A stretch of DNA of 64,000 nucleotides, taken from positions 42,302 through 106,301 of the forward strand of contig DDXR01000049.1 of NCBI GenBank assembly GCA_002347565.1. Direction: 5' to 3'. Below are positions 32,351 to 42,066 of the stretch, one piece after another. Origin of the DNA: a bacterium UBP2_UBA2255. GTDB lineage: Bacteria; Edwardsbacteria; AC1; EtOH8. Position 1 is the first letter of the stretch. Each line of letters opens with the position of its first letter. Below the pieces are notes generated by a model. It searched no databases. It was not told the DNA's origin and saw only the letters and a list, made by a program, of their open reading frames with translations. The translations under genes and the position numbers were made by a program.

Positions 32351-33013
32351 ATGCTGAAGCAACTCTACCTGTCCCCCCTGGGGTATTTCGCGTCGTTGAT
32401 GATGAATCTCGCGGCAGTGGCGCACCGCCCCTTCATGGTGTACGGCTACTACAACCGGGTGACCGGATCGTTCCACCGGCGGACCCGGATCAGCTCCACC
32501 GCGGCGCTGATCGCGAGGCGCAACCTGGACATCGCCGACAATGTCTGGGTATGGCACCATTCCATCCTCGACGCCAGCAACGGGCTGACGATCGGCCAGG
32601 GATGCCAGATCGGCGCCTGGGTGGGGATCTTCACCCACAGCAGCCATGTCGCGATCAGGCTGCTGGGCGACCGTTTCCTCCACATTGACCGGGATCAGCG
32701 CGCCGGATACCAGCGGGGCCCGGTGGCGATCGGCGAGTTCACTTTCATCGGCGCGTCATCGCTGGTCCTGCCGGGGGTGACGATCGGCAGAGGGTGCCTG
32801 ATCGCTGCCGGGTCAGTCGTCTCCCGATCGGTGCCCGACGGCTCGATCGCCGCCGGCAACCCGGCGCGGGTGGTCGGCAGGACCGCCGCGCTCGACGGCC
32901 GGCACCTCGCGGATCCCGAGGTCCAACGGACGTATTACGACCAGTCCGCCGCCGGCCGATTTCGGACCGCAGCCGGTGACACGGGGCGCGGGGGCGCCGG
33001 CGAGGGGCGATGA
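32351..33013 (+). CDS. Hexapeptide-repeat (LbH) acyltransferase
   Basis: IG.GCQIG..V.I.TH.SH, V.IG..TFIG....VLPGVTIG.G..IAAGSVV. Confidence 0.88.
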   Translation: MLKQLYLSPLGYFASLMMNLAAVAHRPFMVYGYYNRVTGSFHRRTRISSTAALIARRNLDIADNVWVWHHSILDASNGLTIGQGCQIGAWVGIFTHSSHVAIRLLGDRFLHIDRDQRAGYQRGPVAIGEFTFIGASSLVLPGVTIGRGCLIAAGSVVSRSVPDGSIAAGNPARVVGRTAALDGRHLADPEVQRTYYDQSAAGRFRTAAGDTGRGGAGEGR

Positions 33014-34248
33014 GCGGCGCCAGGGCTGATGCGTGGCTGGCCGGCGCCGTCCGCGCCCTGACCCTGCTGTTTGCGTTCAGCCTGCCGGTCGGCATCGCCT
33101 TCACCCAGATCACGCTGTTGGTCGCCATCGCCGCCTGGCTGGTGCGTTGCATCGCCGCGCGCCGCTGGCCCCTGCACGCGACGCCGCTCGACGGCTGGAT
33201 CGGCCTGTTCCTGGCCGCCTCCATCGTGGCGACGCTGTTCTCGGTGCGGCCGGCCGAGAGCGCCGTCGCCCTCAAGAAATTCTACCTGGTCACCCCCGCA
33301 TACCTGCTGGCCTACGCCGTGACGGACCTGCGCCACCTGAGGATGGTGATCGCCTCGTTCCTGTTGGGGGCCGCCTTGACGGCGGGGTGGGGCTTGGCAA
33401 GGTACGCGGCGGGAATCGATCCCCGGTTGCTGGGAACGCAGACCATGGCGTTGACCTCGGGCGGCATCTACATGATGGCCGGCCTGCTGTCCCTGTCGAT
33501 GCTCTGGTCCGCGTTGGATCGGAGAAGCCATGCCGGACTGGCCGCTGCCGCGGCCCTGCTGATCACCGCGGGACTGGTGCTCACCAAGGCCGTCAGTTCG
33601 TGGCTCGGCTGGCTGGCGGGATCGCTGGCATTCATTCGCGGCCGGCGACGGGCCGCCGCCGCGGCCTCGATCGCCGTGGCCGTCCTGCTGGTCTGCCTGG
33701 TATCGTTCCGTTCGTCTTCCGCGGAATTCCTGACCGTCGACAAGGCGGGGTCGTGGCAGGTGAGGGTCAACCTGTGGCGCCTGGGATGGCAGCTGTTCCA
33801 GGACCGCCCGCTTACCGGACACGGCCTGCTGTCCCTGCAGGGGTTCTACCGGGGGATTCCCTATGACAACCCGTATTGGCACGAGGCCATCCAGACCGGG
33901 CACATGCACAACAACTTCATCCAGGTCGCCGTCACGACCGGGTTGCTGGGACTGGTCGCGTTCCTGGCGATGTGGGGCGCGATCATCGGGGTCATGTTCC
34001 GCGCGCTGTCCGCCACGCCCGGCGGCAGGCCGTACGCCCTGGGCGCCCTCGGCTGCGTCGTCGGCTTCCTCGTCAACGGCATGGCGGAGTACAATTACGG
34101 CGACTCGGAGGTTGTCACCGTGCTGTGGATGGCCGTCGGCCTGGCTCTGGCGCTGTGCCGGATGCGCCCCGGCCTGCCCTGCGGCTGCGGCGGGGCGCCG
34201 ATCCCCTCCGCACCTGCTGGCCGGCAGGACTGCGGTCATCTCGTTTGA
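33010..34248 (+). CDS. O-antigen ligase (WaaL-like)
   Basis: Many TM segments; R..LW......F.D.PLTG.G; HMHNNFIQ.....GLLG. Confidence 0.82.
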   Translation: MSGARADAWLAGAVRALTLLFAFSLPVGIAFTQITLLVAIAAWLVRCIAARRWPLHATPLDGWIGLFLAASIVATLFSVRPAESAVALKKFYLVTPAYLLAYAVTDLRHLRMVIASFLLGAALTAGWGLARYAAGIDPRLLGTQTMALTSGGIYMMAGLLSLSMLWSALDRRSHAGLAAAAALLITAGLVLTKAVSSWLGWLAGSLAFIRGRRRAAAAASIAVAVLLVCLVSFRSSSAEFLTVDKAGSWQVRVNLWRLGWQLFQDRPLTGHGLLSLQGFYRGIPYDNPYWHEAIQTGHMHNNFIQVAVTTGLLGLVAFLAMWGAIIGVMFRALSATPGGRPYALGALGCVVGFLVNGMAEYNYGDSEVVTVLWMAVGLALALCRMRPGLPCGCGGAPIPSAPAGRQDCGHLV

Positions 34249-34251
34249 CCG

Positions 34252-34280
34252 TTGATTTCCTTTCCCCGTTGTGCTATAAT
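34252..34280 (+). promoter_or_regulatory. sigma70 promoter for hisC-cmk-plsC-ispH-rpsA
   Basis: TTGATT, 17 bp spacer, TATAAT with extended -10 TG. Confidence 0.7.
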
Positions 34281-34312
34281 AATCGCTTGCGCCATCGATC
34301 GGAGGGCTGTAC

Positions 34313-35416
34313 ATGATCCCCCAGGCCAGGAAGAATATCCGGGAAATCAACCCCTACGTCCCGGGCAAGCCCATCGAGGAGGTGCGGCGCGAGCTGAAGC
34401 TGCGGGGTTCGATCCTCAAGCTGGCCTCGAACGAGAACCCGCTGGGGCCGTCCCCCAGGGCCATGGCCGCCCTGCGCCGCGGGATCCGGGACGTCCATCT
34501 CTACCCCGACGACAACTGCTTCTACCTCAGCCGGGCCCTGGCGGATCGTTTGGGCGTTGCCCAGGACCGCCTGATCTTCGGCAACGGCTCGGTGGACATC
34601 ATCGACTTCATCGTCAAGAGTTTCGTGGCTCCCGGCGACCACGTGGTCTACTCCCAGGGGGCGTTCATCATGTACGCCATCGCGGCCAAGATGGCGGATG
34701 CCAGGGCGTCAGCGGTCCCGCTGCGGGAGTATGCCCACGACCTTGACGCCATGGCCGCCGCGGTCACGCCGCGGACCAGGGTGGTGTTCGTCGCCAACCC
34801 CAACAACCCGACCGGGACCATGGTCGACGCCGCCCAGGTCGGGCGCTTCCTGGGGCGGATCCCCGGCACCTGCGTCGTGGTGTTCGACGAGGCGTACTAC
34901 GAGTACCTCGACCGCAATGATTTTCCCGACACCATCCGGCTGATTGACCGGCACCCCAACGTCATGGTGCTGCGGACATTCTCCAAGATCTACGGCCTGG
35001 CCGGGCTGCGGGTGGGCTTCGGCGTCGGCCACCCGGAGATGATCGCCACCATCCGCAAAGTCCGGCTGCCGTTCAACGTGGGGCTGCTGTCGCAGATGGC
35101 CTGCCTGGCGGCGATCGGCGACACCCGGCACGTGGCGGCCAGCCGGGCGATGAACGCTGCCGGCAAAAAATACCTCTACGGCCAGTTCGACGCCATGGGA
35201 TTGCCATATGTCCGGTCCGAGGGCAACTTCGTCCTGATCGACGTCCGGACCGATTCCCGCGCCGTGTTCGACGCACTGCAGCGCCTGGGCGTTATCGTCC
35301 GCCCGGTGAAGAACTACGGGTTCCCGACCCATTTGCGGGTGACGGTGGGCACGCCTCCCCAGAACCGGCGGCTGGTCGCCGGCCTCAAGCGGGTGCTGGC
35401 CGGACCGCCGCGGTAG
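34313..35416 (+). CDS. hisC: Histidinol-phosphate aminotransferase
   Basis: YVPGKPI, KLASNENPLGPSP, NPNNPTG, DEAY, RTFSKIYGLAGLRVG. Confidence 0.93.
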   Translation: MIPQARKNIREINPYVPGKPIEEVRRELKLRGSILKLASNENPLGPSPRAMAALRRGIRDVHLYPDDNCFYLSRALADRLGVAQDRLIFGNGSVDIIDFIVKSFVAPGDHVVYSQGAFIMYAIAAKMADARASAVPLREYAHDLDAMAAAVTPRTRVVFVANPNNPTGTMVDAAQVGRFLGRIPGTCVVVFDEAYYEYLDRNDFPDTIRLIDRHPNVMVLRTFSKIYGLAGLRVGFGVGHPEMIATIRKVRLPFNVGLLSQMACLAAIGDTRHVAASRAMNAAGKKYLYGQFDAMGLPYVRSEGNFVLIDVRTDSRAVFDALQRLGVIVRPVKNYGFPTHLRVTVGTPPQNRRLVAGLKRVLAGPPR

Positions 35417-35432
35417 GCCCGCGGCTCCGGAA

Positions 35433-36122
35433 ATGCGCATGCCCCGCCAGCTGGTGATCGCCATCGACGGGCCGGCCGCGTCGGGCAAAAGCACCACGGC
35501 CCGGCTGGTGGCCGAGCGGCTGGGATACCTCTACATCGACACCGGCGCCATGTACCGGGCGCTGGGACTGAAGGCGCGGCGGCTCGGCATCCCCCTGTCC
35601 GACCTGGCGGCCGTCGCCGCCGTGGCCGAAGGCACCGAGATCCGGCAGGAGCAGGTCGCCGGCGGGGTGGCGACGTTCCTGGACGGCGAGGACGTCAGCG
35701 TGGCGATCCGCAGCCCGGAGATCTCGCAGGCCGCGTCCGACATCTCCACCATACCGGCGGTGCGCCGCCGTCTGGTGGCGTTGCAACAGGCCATGGGACG
35801 GTCGGGCGGGGTGGTGATGGAGGGCCGCGACATCGGGACCGTGGTGTTCCCGGACGCCGAGGTCAAGGTGTACATGGAGGCGTCGCTGGCCGAGCGCGCC
35901 AGGCGGCGCGGGTCGGAGCTCTCCGCCCGCGGCATCGCGGCCCGGGCCGACGAGCTGGAGTCGCAGATCGCCGCCCGCGACCACCAGGACAGTCAGCGGG
36001 AGGACAGCCCGCTGGCCGTCGCGCCCGGCGCGGTGGTGATCGACACCACGGGGCTGACGGTGGCGCAGCAGGTCGACCGGGTGGTGGCGCTGGCCGGCGA
36101 CGCCGCGGGGGGCCGGAGGTGA
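35433..36122 (+). CDS. cmk: Cytidylate kinase
   Basis: IAIDGPAASGKST, DTGAMYRA, EGRDIGTVVFPDA. Confidence 0.95.
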   Translation: MRMPRQLVIAIDGPAASGKSTTARLVAERLGYLYIDTGAMYRALGLKARRLGIPLSDLAAVAAVAEGTEIRQEQVAGGVATFLDGEDVSVAIRSPEISQAASDISTIPAVRRRLVALQQAMGRSGGVVMEGRDIGTVVFPDAEVKVYMEASLAERARRRGSELSARGIAARADELESQIAARDHQDSQREDSPLAVAPGAVVIDTTGLTVAQQVDRVVALAGDAAGGRR

Positions 36123-36766
36123 TCTGGGAGAGCCGGGCGTTCCAGTCGCGGGCGTTCCGGCTGTCGTGGCATGTCCTCAACTTCTTCATCCCGCGGCTGT
36201 TCGATTGGCGGGTGTCCGGGCGCGCGCATGTCCCGCACAACGGGGTGTTCCTGGTGGCCGCCAACCACATCGCGCTGCTCGATCCGCCCTATGCCGGCGC
36301 CTGTCTGCCCCGCGAGTGCGGATACCTTGCCAAACGGGAGCTGTTCGCCAACCCGTTCCTGCGCTGGCTGATCGAGGCGCACAACGCAGTCCCGATACGC
36401 CGCGGCGGATGGGACACGGCCGCGTTCCGTCACGTGAAACGAAAGCTGGCCCGGGGGATCCCGGTGATGGTCTTCCCCGAGGGCACGCGCAGCCGCGGCG
36501 ACCGGTTCCTCGCTGCCAAGCCGGGACTGGGCCTGCTGGCGATCAAGCTGGGCATGCCGATCCTGCCGATGTACATCGACGGTACCCAGCGCCGGCTGGC
36601 GGACCTGCTGCTGCGACGGCAGCCGCTGGTGTGCCGGATCGGGACCATGATCCCGGTCGGGGCGGTCCGCGAATTCTCCGATGACAAGGACGGGTACCAG
36701 TCATTGAGCGACTATACGATGGAGCGGATCGGCCGGTTGCGGGACGGGACGGAGGCGGCCGGATGA
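36119..36766 (+). CDS. plsC: 1-acyl-sn-glycerol-3-phosphate acyltransferase
   Basis: ANH...LDP, AKRELF, VFPEGTRS. Confidence 0.9.
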   Translation: MIWESRAFQSRAFRLSWHVLNFFIPRLFDWRVSGRAHVPHNGVFLVAANHIALLDPPYAGACLPRECGYLAKRELFANPFLRWLIEAHNAVPIRRGGWDTAAFRHVKRKLARGIPVMVFPEGTRSRGDRFLAAKPGLGLLAIKLGMPILPMYIDGTQRRLADLLLRRQPLVCRIGTMIPVGAVREFSDDKDGYQSLSDYTMERIGRLRDGTEAAG

Positions 36767-37647
36767 GGATCGAGGTCGCCCGCAGCGCCGGTTTCTGCTT
36801 CGGCGTGAAGCGGGCGGTGCAGCTGGCCTTCGAGGCCGCGCGGACCACTGGCGGCCCGGTGTACACGCTGGGGCCGATCATCCACAACCCGGAGGTGGTG
36901 GCGGAGCTGGCCCGGCGCGGGGTGCGGGCGGTCGGCGATCCGCGCCGGATCAAGAACGGCGCGGTCATCATCCGCTCGCACGGCGTGCACCCCCGGGTGC
37001 TGGCCTCGCTGCAGCGGCGCGGACTGGCCATCATCGACGCCACCTGCCCGTTCGTGACCAAGGCCCAGCGGGCGGCCGCCGCCCTGCGGGACGAGGGGCG
37101 CCAGGTGGTGATCGTGGGCGAGCCCCACCATCCCGAGGTGGTGGCGCTCAAGGGATACGCCGGCCGCAATTCGCTGATCTGCGACCGCCGGCCGGTCCGC
37201 GTCAAGTCCCGGATCGGCGTGCTGTCGCAGACCACCGTCTCGCAGGAAGATTTCATCGGCGCCCTGCTGTCGTTCGGCCGGCAGGCGGCCGACATCCACA
37301 TCTTCAACACCATCTGCAACGCCACCCAGATCCGGCAGCAGGAGACCATGGATCTGGCGCAGCGCTCCGACCTGATGATCGTGGTGGGCGGGCGCAACTC
37401 GGCCAACACCTCGCGCCTGGCGGAACTGTGCCGGACCGTCGGCAAGCCGACCCGCTCGGTGGAGACCGAGCAGGAGCTGCGGCCGGCCTGGTTCGCCGGC
37501 GTGCGCAAGGTCGGCGTGGCCGCCGGCGCCTCGACCCCGGCGTCTACGGTCGAGCGGGTGGTGCGCCGGATCCGGGGACTCACTACCGGGAAAACGAAGG
37601 CGGAAAGCCGAAAACGAGGCGGGAAACACTCCGTCCGGGGCAACTGA
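36763..37647 (+). CDS. ispH: 4-hydroxy-3-methylbut-2-enyl diphosphate reductase
   Basis: AGFCFGVKRA, IDATCPFV, NTICNAT..RQ, SANT..L, GASTP. Confidence 0.95.
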   Translation: MRIEVARSAGFCFGVKRAVQLAFEAARTTGGPVYTLGPIIHNPEVVAELARRGVRAVGDPRRIKNGAVIIRSHGVHPRVLASLQRRGLAIIDATCPFVTKAQRAAAALRDEGRQVVIVGEPHHPEVVALKGYAGRNSLICDRRPVRVKSRIGVLSQTTVSQEDFIGALLSFGRQAADIHIFNTICNATQIRQQETMDLAQRSDLMIVVGGRNSANTSRLAELCRTVGKPTRSVETEQELRPAWFAGVRKVGVAAGASTPASTVERVVRRIRGLTTGKTKAESRKRGGKHSVRGN

Positions 37648-37729
37648 CGGGTTCGTTTTCGCGATCTGTTTCTTGTTTTGACGGCCGGCATTGGTCGGCC
37701 GATCCTAGGAAAAGGAGCGTACCCAAACC

Positions 37730-39499
37730 ATGGCAAAATCCAACAAACTGCGTTCAGAGGACCTGAACGACGACCTCGTCATGGACGAGCAGGAGGCACT
37801 GGCGGCGGCGGAGTTCCGCCAGCTGCTGGACCAGTCACTCCACCACAAGAAGTTCGAGGAGGGGGAGGTGGTCCAGGGCACCGTGCTGCGGATCTCGGGC
37901 GACTCGGTGATCGTGGACATCGGCTTCAAGTCCGAGGGAGTGGTGCCGACCAACGAGTTCTCCGACATCACCACGGTCAAGCCCGGCGACAAGCTGGACC
38001 TGTACCTGGAAAAGGTGGAGGACGACGAGGGCCAGATCGTCCTGTCGAAGCAGCGGGCCGATTTCATCCGGGTGTGGGACAAGGTCAAGGAGTCGCTGGA
38101 CGGCGAGCAGGTGGTGGAGGGCAGGGTGGTGCGGCGGGTCAAGGGCGGCATGATCATCGACCTGATGGGCGTGGACGCCTTCCTGCCGGCTTCGCAGATC
38201 GGACTGCGACCGCTGGAATCGCAGGATTCGCTGGTGGGGACGGCGATCCCGCTCAAGGTGATCAAGATCAACAAGAAACGGCGCAACATCGTGGTTTCGC
38301 GGCGGGTGGTGATGGACGCCGAGCGCGCCAAGCTGCGCGACGTGATCCTGGCCGAGATCGACAAGGGCCAGGTGCGCGAGGGCGTGGTCAAGAACATCAC
38401 CGATTTCGGGGCCTTCATCGACCTGGGCGGCCTGGACGGCCTGCTCCACATCACCGACATTTCATGGGGCCGGATCAACCACCCCACCGAGGTGCTCAAG
38501 ATCGGGCAGCGGGTGAAGGTCAAGATCCTGGAGTACGACCGCGAGCGGTCGCGGGTGTCGCTGGGGCTCAAACAGCTGACGCCGCACCCCTGGGAGAACA
38601 TCGAGACCAAGTTCCCGGTGGCCGCCACCATCAAGGGCAAGATCGTCTCCATCGTCGACTACGGCGCCTTCATCGAGCTGGAGAAGGGCGTGGAGGGCCT
38701 GATCCACATCTCCGAGATGTCGTGGACCAAGCAGGTCAAGCACCCCTCCAAGATCCTCTCGATCGGGGACATCGTGGATGCGGTGGTGCTGAAGATCGAC
38801 AAGAACGAGCAAAAGATCAGCCTGGGGCTGCGCCAGCTGGAACCCGATCCCTGGTTCACCATCGACCGCAAGTACCCGGTGGGGAGCACGGTGGAGGGGC
38901 GGGTGCGCAACATCACCAACTTCGGCATCTTCGTCGAGATCGAGGAGGGGATCGACGGCCTGATCCACATCTCGGACATCTCCTGGACCAAGCGGATCAA
39001 GCATCCCTCCGAGGTCGTCAAGAAGGGCGACCTGGTCAAGTGCGTGGTCACCAACATCGACAAGGACAACCGCCGCATCTCGCTCGGCATCAAGCAGCTG
39101 GATGAGGACCCCTGGATGCTGATCGGATCCCGCTTCAAGCTGGGACAGCGCATCACGGCCGTGGTCAACCGGCCGCTGGACCGGGGCCTGTTGGTGGACA
39201 TGGACTACGGCTTCGAGGGCTTCGTGCCGGCGGCGGAGCTGGAGGGCGTGGAGGAATCCAAGCTGGCCGAGGCCTTCAAGGGCGGGGAGTCGCTGGACCT
39301 GCTGATCATCGAGATCGACCAGGTCAACCGGCGGATCGCGCTGTCGCAGAAGGCCTACCAGAAGTCGCAGGACAACCAGGACGTCAAGCCCTTCCTCAAG
39401 GATACTGCCGCCCCGGCCGGCACGGCCATGGGAGAGGCGCTGAAGGAGGCCCTGCAGAAGCAGGAGGAGAGCAAGCCCGAGGCCCCGCCCCAGGCGTAA
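37730..39499 (+). CDS. rpsA: 30S ribosomal protein S1
   Basis: Six S1 repeats (VDIGFKSEG, FGAFIDLGGLDGLLHITD, EGLIHISEMSW and others). Confidence 0.97.
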   Translation: MAKSNKLRSEDLNDDLVMDEQEALAAAEFRQLLDQSLHHKKFEEGEVVQGTVLRISGDSVIVDIGFKSEGVVPTNEFSDITTVKPGDKLDLYLEKVEDDEGQIVLSKQRADFIRVWDKVKESLDGEQVVEGRVVRRVKGGMIIDLMGVDAFLPASQIGLRPLESQDSLVGTAIPLKVIKINKKRRNIVVSRRVVMDAERAKLRDVILAEIDKGQVREGVVKNITDFGAFIDLGGLDGLLHITDISWGRINHPTEVLKIGQRVKVKILEYDRERSRVSLGLKQLTPHPWENIETKFPVAATIKGKIVSIVDYGAFIELEKGVEGLIHISEMSWTKQVKHPSKILSIGDIVDAVVLKIDKNEQKISLGLRQLEPDPWFTIDRKYPVGSTVEGRVRNITNFGIFVEIEEGIDGLIHISDISWTKRIKHPSEVVKKGDLVKCVVTNIDKDNRRISLGIKQLDEDPWMLIGSRFKLGQRITAVVNRPLDRGLLVDMDYGFEGFVPAAELEGVEESKLAEAFKGGESLDLLIIEIDQVNRRIALSQKAYQKSQDNQDVKPFLKDTAAPAGTAMGEALKEALQKQEESKPEAPPQA

Positions 39500-39512
39500 G
39501 CGAACCAACCCC

Positions 39513-39542
39513 AAGCCCCTCTCTGGTGAGAGGGGCTTTTTT
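39513..39542 (+). terminator. Intrinsic terminator after rpsA
   Basis: AAGCCCCTCTC-TGGT-GAGAGGGGCTT followed by a T tract. Confidence 0.85.
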
Positions 39543-39566
39543 ACAAGCCCGGGCCGCGGACGGCTC

Positions 39567-39595
39567 TTGACTTTTTACCTGGTTGGGGCTACACT
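39567..39595 (+). promoter_or_regulatory. sigma70 promoter for the S8 protease gene
   Basis: TTGACT, 17 bp spacer, TACACT. Confidence 0.6.
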
Positions 39596-39624
39596 ACTTC
39601 ATTCAAGCGGAAAGGACCTGACCC

Positions 39625-41385
39625 ATGAGGGCGTTGAAAACGATCGTCCTGCTGAGCGGCCAGCTGTGGACGTTGGCGGCCCCGGCGTCCATGGCGCATG
39701 CAGCCGAAGCTGATCGCCAGCCATCGGCGTTTGCAGCAACAGTGGCTGACAGCCGTCTGCCGGTGATGGTATATTTCACCGATAAGGGGATCCAGGGCAA
39801 AGGCGGGCTGCAGGCCGCGCTCGATGCCCGCCGGGCGCAATTCAGCGCGCGCGCCCTGAAACGCCGGGCCAAGATGGGTTTGGTGGGAATGACCTTCCAA
39901 GATCTCCCGGTGTGTGCCGCCTATGCGCAACAGATCGAAGCCCTGGGCGCGAGGCGCCGGCAGGCCTTGAACTGGTTCAACGCCGCCAGCTTCGAGATGA
40001 CCAAAGATCAGATCGCGGCCTGCGCCGGGTTTGTCTTTGTGGAGAGGATCGAGTTTTTAAGAAACCGCAGGCGCTCCGATATCACTGTACCCAAGCAGGG
40101 GGATGACATTCCGGCCGGGCCGGGCCCGGCCAAGGATCACCTGCTGAACTACGGCAACTCGCACGCCCAGCTGCACCTGATCAAGGCCGACGTCTGCCAC
40201 GATTCGGGCTACTCCGGCGCCGGCGTGCTGGTGGCGGTGCTCGACAACGGGTTCCGCAAGGATCACCAGGCGTTCGACTCGATCCGGATCTCAGGCCGGC
40301 TGATCGACACCTGGGACTTCGTCCATGGTGTTGACACCGTCGAATGGGCCGCCCACGGCACCGGCACCTGGTCGCTGGCCGGCGGGCACGTTCCGGGACA
40401 GCTGGTCGGACCGGCGTACCGGGCGCACTGGGCGATCTACCACACCGAGGACAATGCGCAGGAGATGCCGGTGGAGGAGGACCATTGGGCGGCGGCGCTG
40501 CAGCGGGCCGACTCCATCGGCGCCGACATCGTCACCAGCTCGCTGGGCTACCGCACGTTCGACGATCCGCAGTACTCCTACGACTACCAGGACCTGGACG
40601 GCAACACCGCCGTCAGCACCCTCGCGGCCCGCCATGCGGCGGCGCTGGGCATCATCGTCTGCAACGCCATGGCCAACAGCGGACCGTCGCTCGGCAGCCT
40701 GGCCGCGCCGGCCGACGCCGATTCCATCCTCTCGGTCGGGGCCACCGACTCGCTGGGCAATCTTTCCAGCTACAGCTCGCGCGGCCCGACTTACGACGGC
40801 CGGCCCAAGCCCGAGGTCTGCGCCCAGGGCTCGCAGACCTGGTGGGCGAGCTGGAACACCACCGCCTCATACGGACGGGCCACCGGCACCTCCTGCGCCA
40901 CGCCGCTGGTGGCCGGCGCCTGCGCCCTGGTGCTGGAGGCGCATCCCGAGTGGACGCCGCTGCAGGTAAGGGAGGCCCTGATGATGACCGCCAGCCGGGC
41001 GTCCAACCCGGATAGCTCGGCCTACGGCTGGGGCGTGATCGACGCCTGGGCGGCCATCCACTACGGTGGCAGCGGCGTGGGCCACGATCATCCCGGGATT
41101 ACGGCGAGTCCGGCGCTGTCGCTGTCCTGCCGGCCGAACCCGGCCCGGACGGGCACGGTGCTGAGCTTCGTGATGCCCAGAAGCGGGGAAGCATCCGTGT
41201 CGGTGTACGATATCGCCGGCCGGCTGGTGCGGGAGCTCCCCGCCGTCCGTCTTTCCGCGGGGCCGGGCGAGGTCCGCTGGGACGGCCGCGACCGGGCAGG
41301 GTACCCGGCCCGCAGCGGCGTCTATGTCTGCCGGATCGACGCCGCGGGCGCGGCGGCGGCGGCCAAGGTCCTGCTGCTGCGGTGA
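39625..41385 (+). CDS. Secreted subtilisin-like S8 serine protease with C-terminal FlgD-Ig/T9SS-like domain
   Basis: Signal peptide; Asp (VAVLDNG), His (HGTGT), Ser (GTSCATP); C-terminal PNP..VYDIAGRLVR.L..WDGRD..G....SGVY. Confidence 0.9.
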   Translation: MRALKTIVLLSGQLWTLAAPASMAHAAEADRQPSAFAATVADSRLPVMVYFTDKGIQGKGGLQAALDARRAQFSARALKRRAKMGLVGMTFQDLPVCAAYAQQIEALGARRRQALNWFNAASFEMTKDQIAACAGFVFVERIEFLRNRRRSDITVPKQGDDIPAGPGPAKDHLLNYGNSHAQLHLIKADVCHDSGYSGAGVLVAVLDNGFRKDHQAFDSIRISGRLIDTWDFVHGVDTVEWAAHGTGTWSLAGGHVPGQLVGPAYRAHWAIYHTEDNAQEMPVEEDHWAAALQRADSIGADIVTSSLGYRTFDDPQYSYDYQDLDGNTAVSTLAARHAAALGIIVCNAMANSGPSLGSLAAPADADSILSVGATDSLGNLSSYSSRGPTYDGRPKPEVCAQGSQTWWASWNTTASYGRATGTSCATPLVAGACALVLEAHPEWTPLQVREALMMTASRASNPDSSAYGWGVIDAWAAIHYGGSGVGHDHPGITASPALSLSCRPNPARTGTVLSFVMPRSGEASVSVYDIAGRLVRELPAVRLSAGPGEVRWDGRDRAGYPARSGVYVCRIDAAGAAAAAKVLLLR

Positions 41386-41388
41386 CGG

Positions 41389-41814
41389 GTGACCGATCAC
41401 GATCAAGTTGTGACCACGCTGCCGGTCGTCATTGCGATCGCCCTCCTGCTCCTCTGTTGCGCAGGCGGAGCGACCTGCGGCGATCGTCAATCGGCCGATG
41501 CCGGCAGCGACACGCTGCGGCTCGACCTGGGCTGTGCCACGGCGCGGAGCCGCAGCCTGGTGCGGCTGCTGTCGCAGGACGGGATCGCGGTCACCGCCAT
41601 CGATATCGGCAGGTCCGGCGAGACTGCGGTCCGCGTGGCGATGACGGCGGAACGGTTCCGGTCGTTGTTCGGCGGCACGGTTGCTGCACGGAACGTCGCC
41701 CGCAGTTCGGGTGACGGCTTCGTCAGCCAGCGGTATATCGTGGGATACTCGGCCCCCCAGCGCTACCGGCGTGCACTGCGCTGGATCCGCCTGCCCGACC
41801 CGCAGCTGGAATGA
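41389..41814 (+). CDS. Hypothetical exported protein, possibly a stand-alone protease prodomain
   Basis: Starts 3 nt after the protease stop; hydrophobic leader ending LLLCC; ends before the 41831 hairpin. Confidence 0.5.
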   Translation: MTDHDQVVTTLPVVIAIALLLLCCAGGATCGDRQSADAGSDTLRLDLGCATARSRSLVRLLSQDGIAVTAIDIGRSGETAVRVAMTAERFRSLFGGTVAARNVARSSGDGFVSQRYIVGYSAPQRYRRALRWIRLPDPQLE

Positions 41815-41830
41815 CGCAGCGCCCGGCGAT

Positions 41831-41861
41831 AAAAAACCCCGATGATCGCTCATCGGGGTTT
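41831..41861 (-). terminator. Intrinsic terminator of the minus-strand ncRNA (possibly bidirectional)
   Basis: Minus strand reads AAACCCCGATGA-GCGA-TCATCGGGG-TTTTTT. Confidence 0.85.
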
Positions 41862-41876
41862 CCCAGTTGAGAACCG

Positions 41877-42060
41877 GGTGGCTAGCTCCGGGCCTAGGTG
41901 TTTCCAGAGTACCGGATACCGAAGCACCGTTTCTCCAGAGTCCCAAGTCACCGGATTCCGGGGTACCGGGGAAGGTACCACACTCCAACGTTAGGTTGAT
42001 TCACGGGTTGCCGTAACGACCAGTGTCCCACCAGTAGTACATTGGAGCTAGCCACCATCC
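41877..42060 (-). ncRNA. Stand-alone ~180-nt structured RNA, 6S RNA candidate
   Basis: Perfect 13-bp closing stem (41877-41889 with 42044-42056); consensus promoter upstream and terminator downstream; folds by hand into a rod with a central bubble. Confidence 0.65.
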
Positions 42061-42066
42061 AATCGC

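Noticed and set aside
41877-42056. Glycine riboswitch, SRP RNA, tmRNA or RNase P identity for the minus-strand RNA
   Set aside because: CTCTGGAGA is present but CCGAAG/CTCAGG are not; no downstream gene to regulate; no SRP, tmRNA or RNase P signature motifs.
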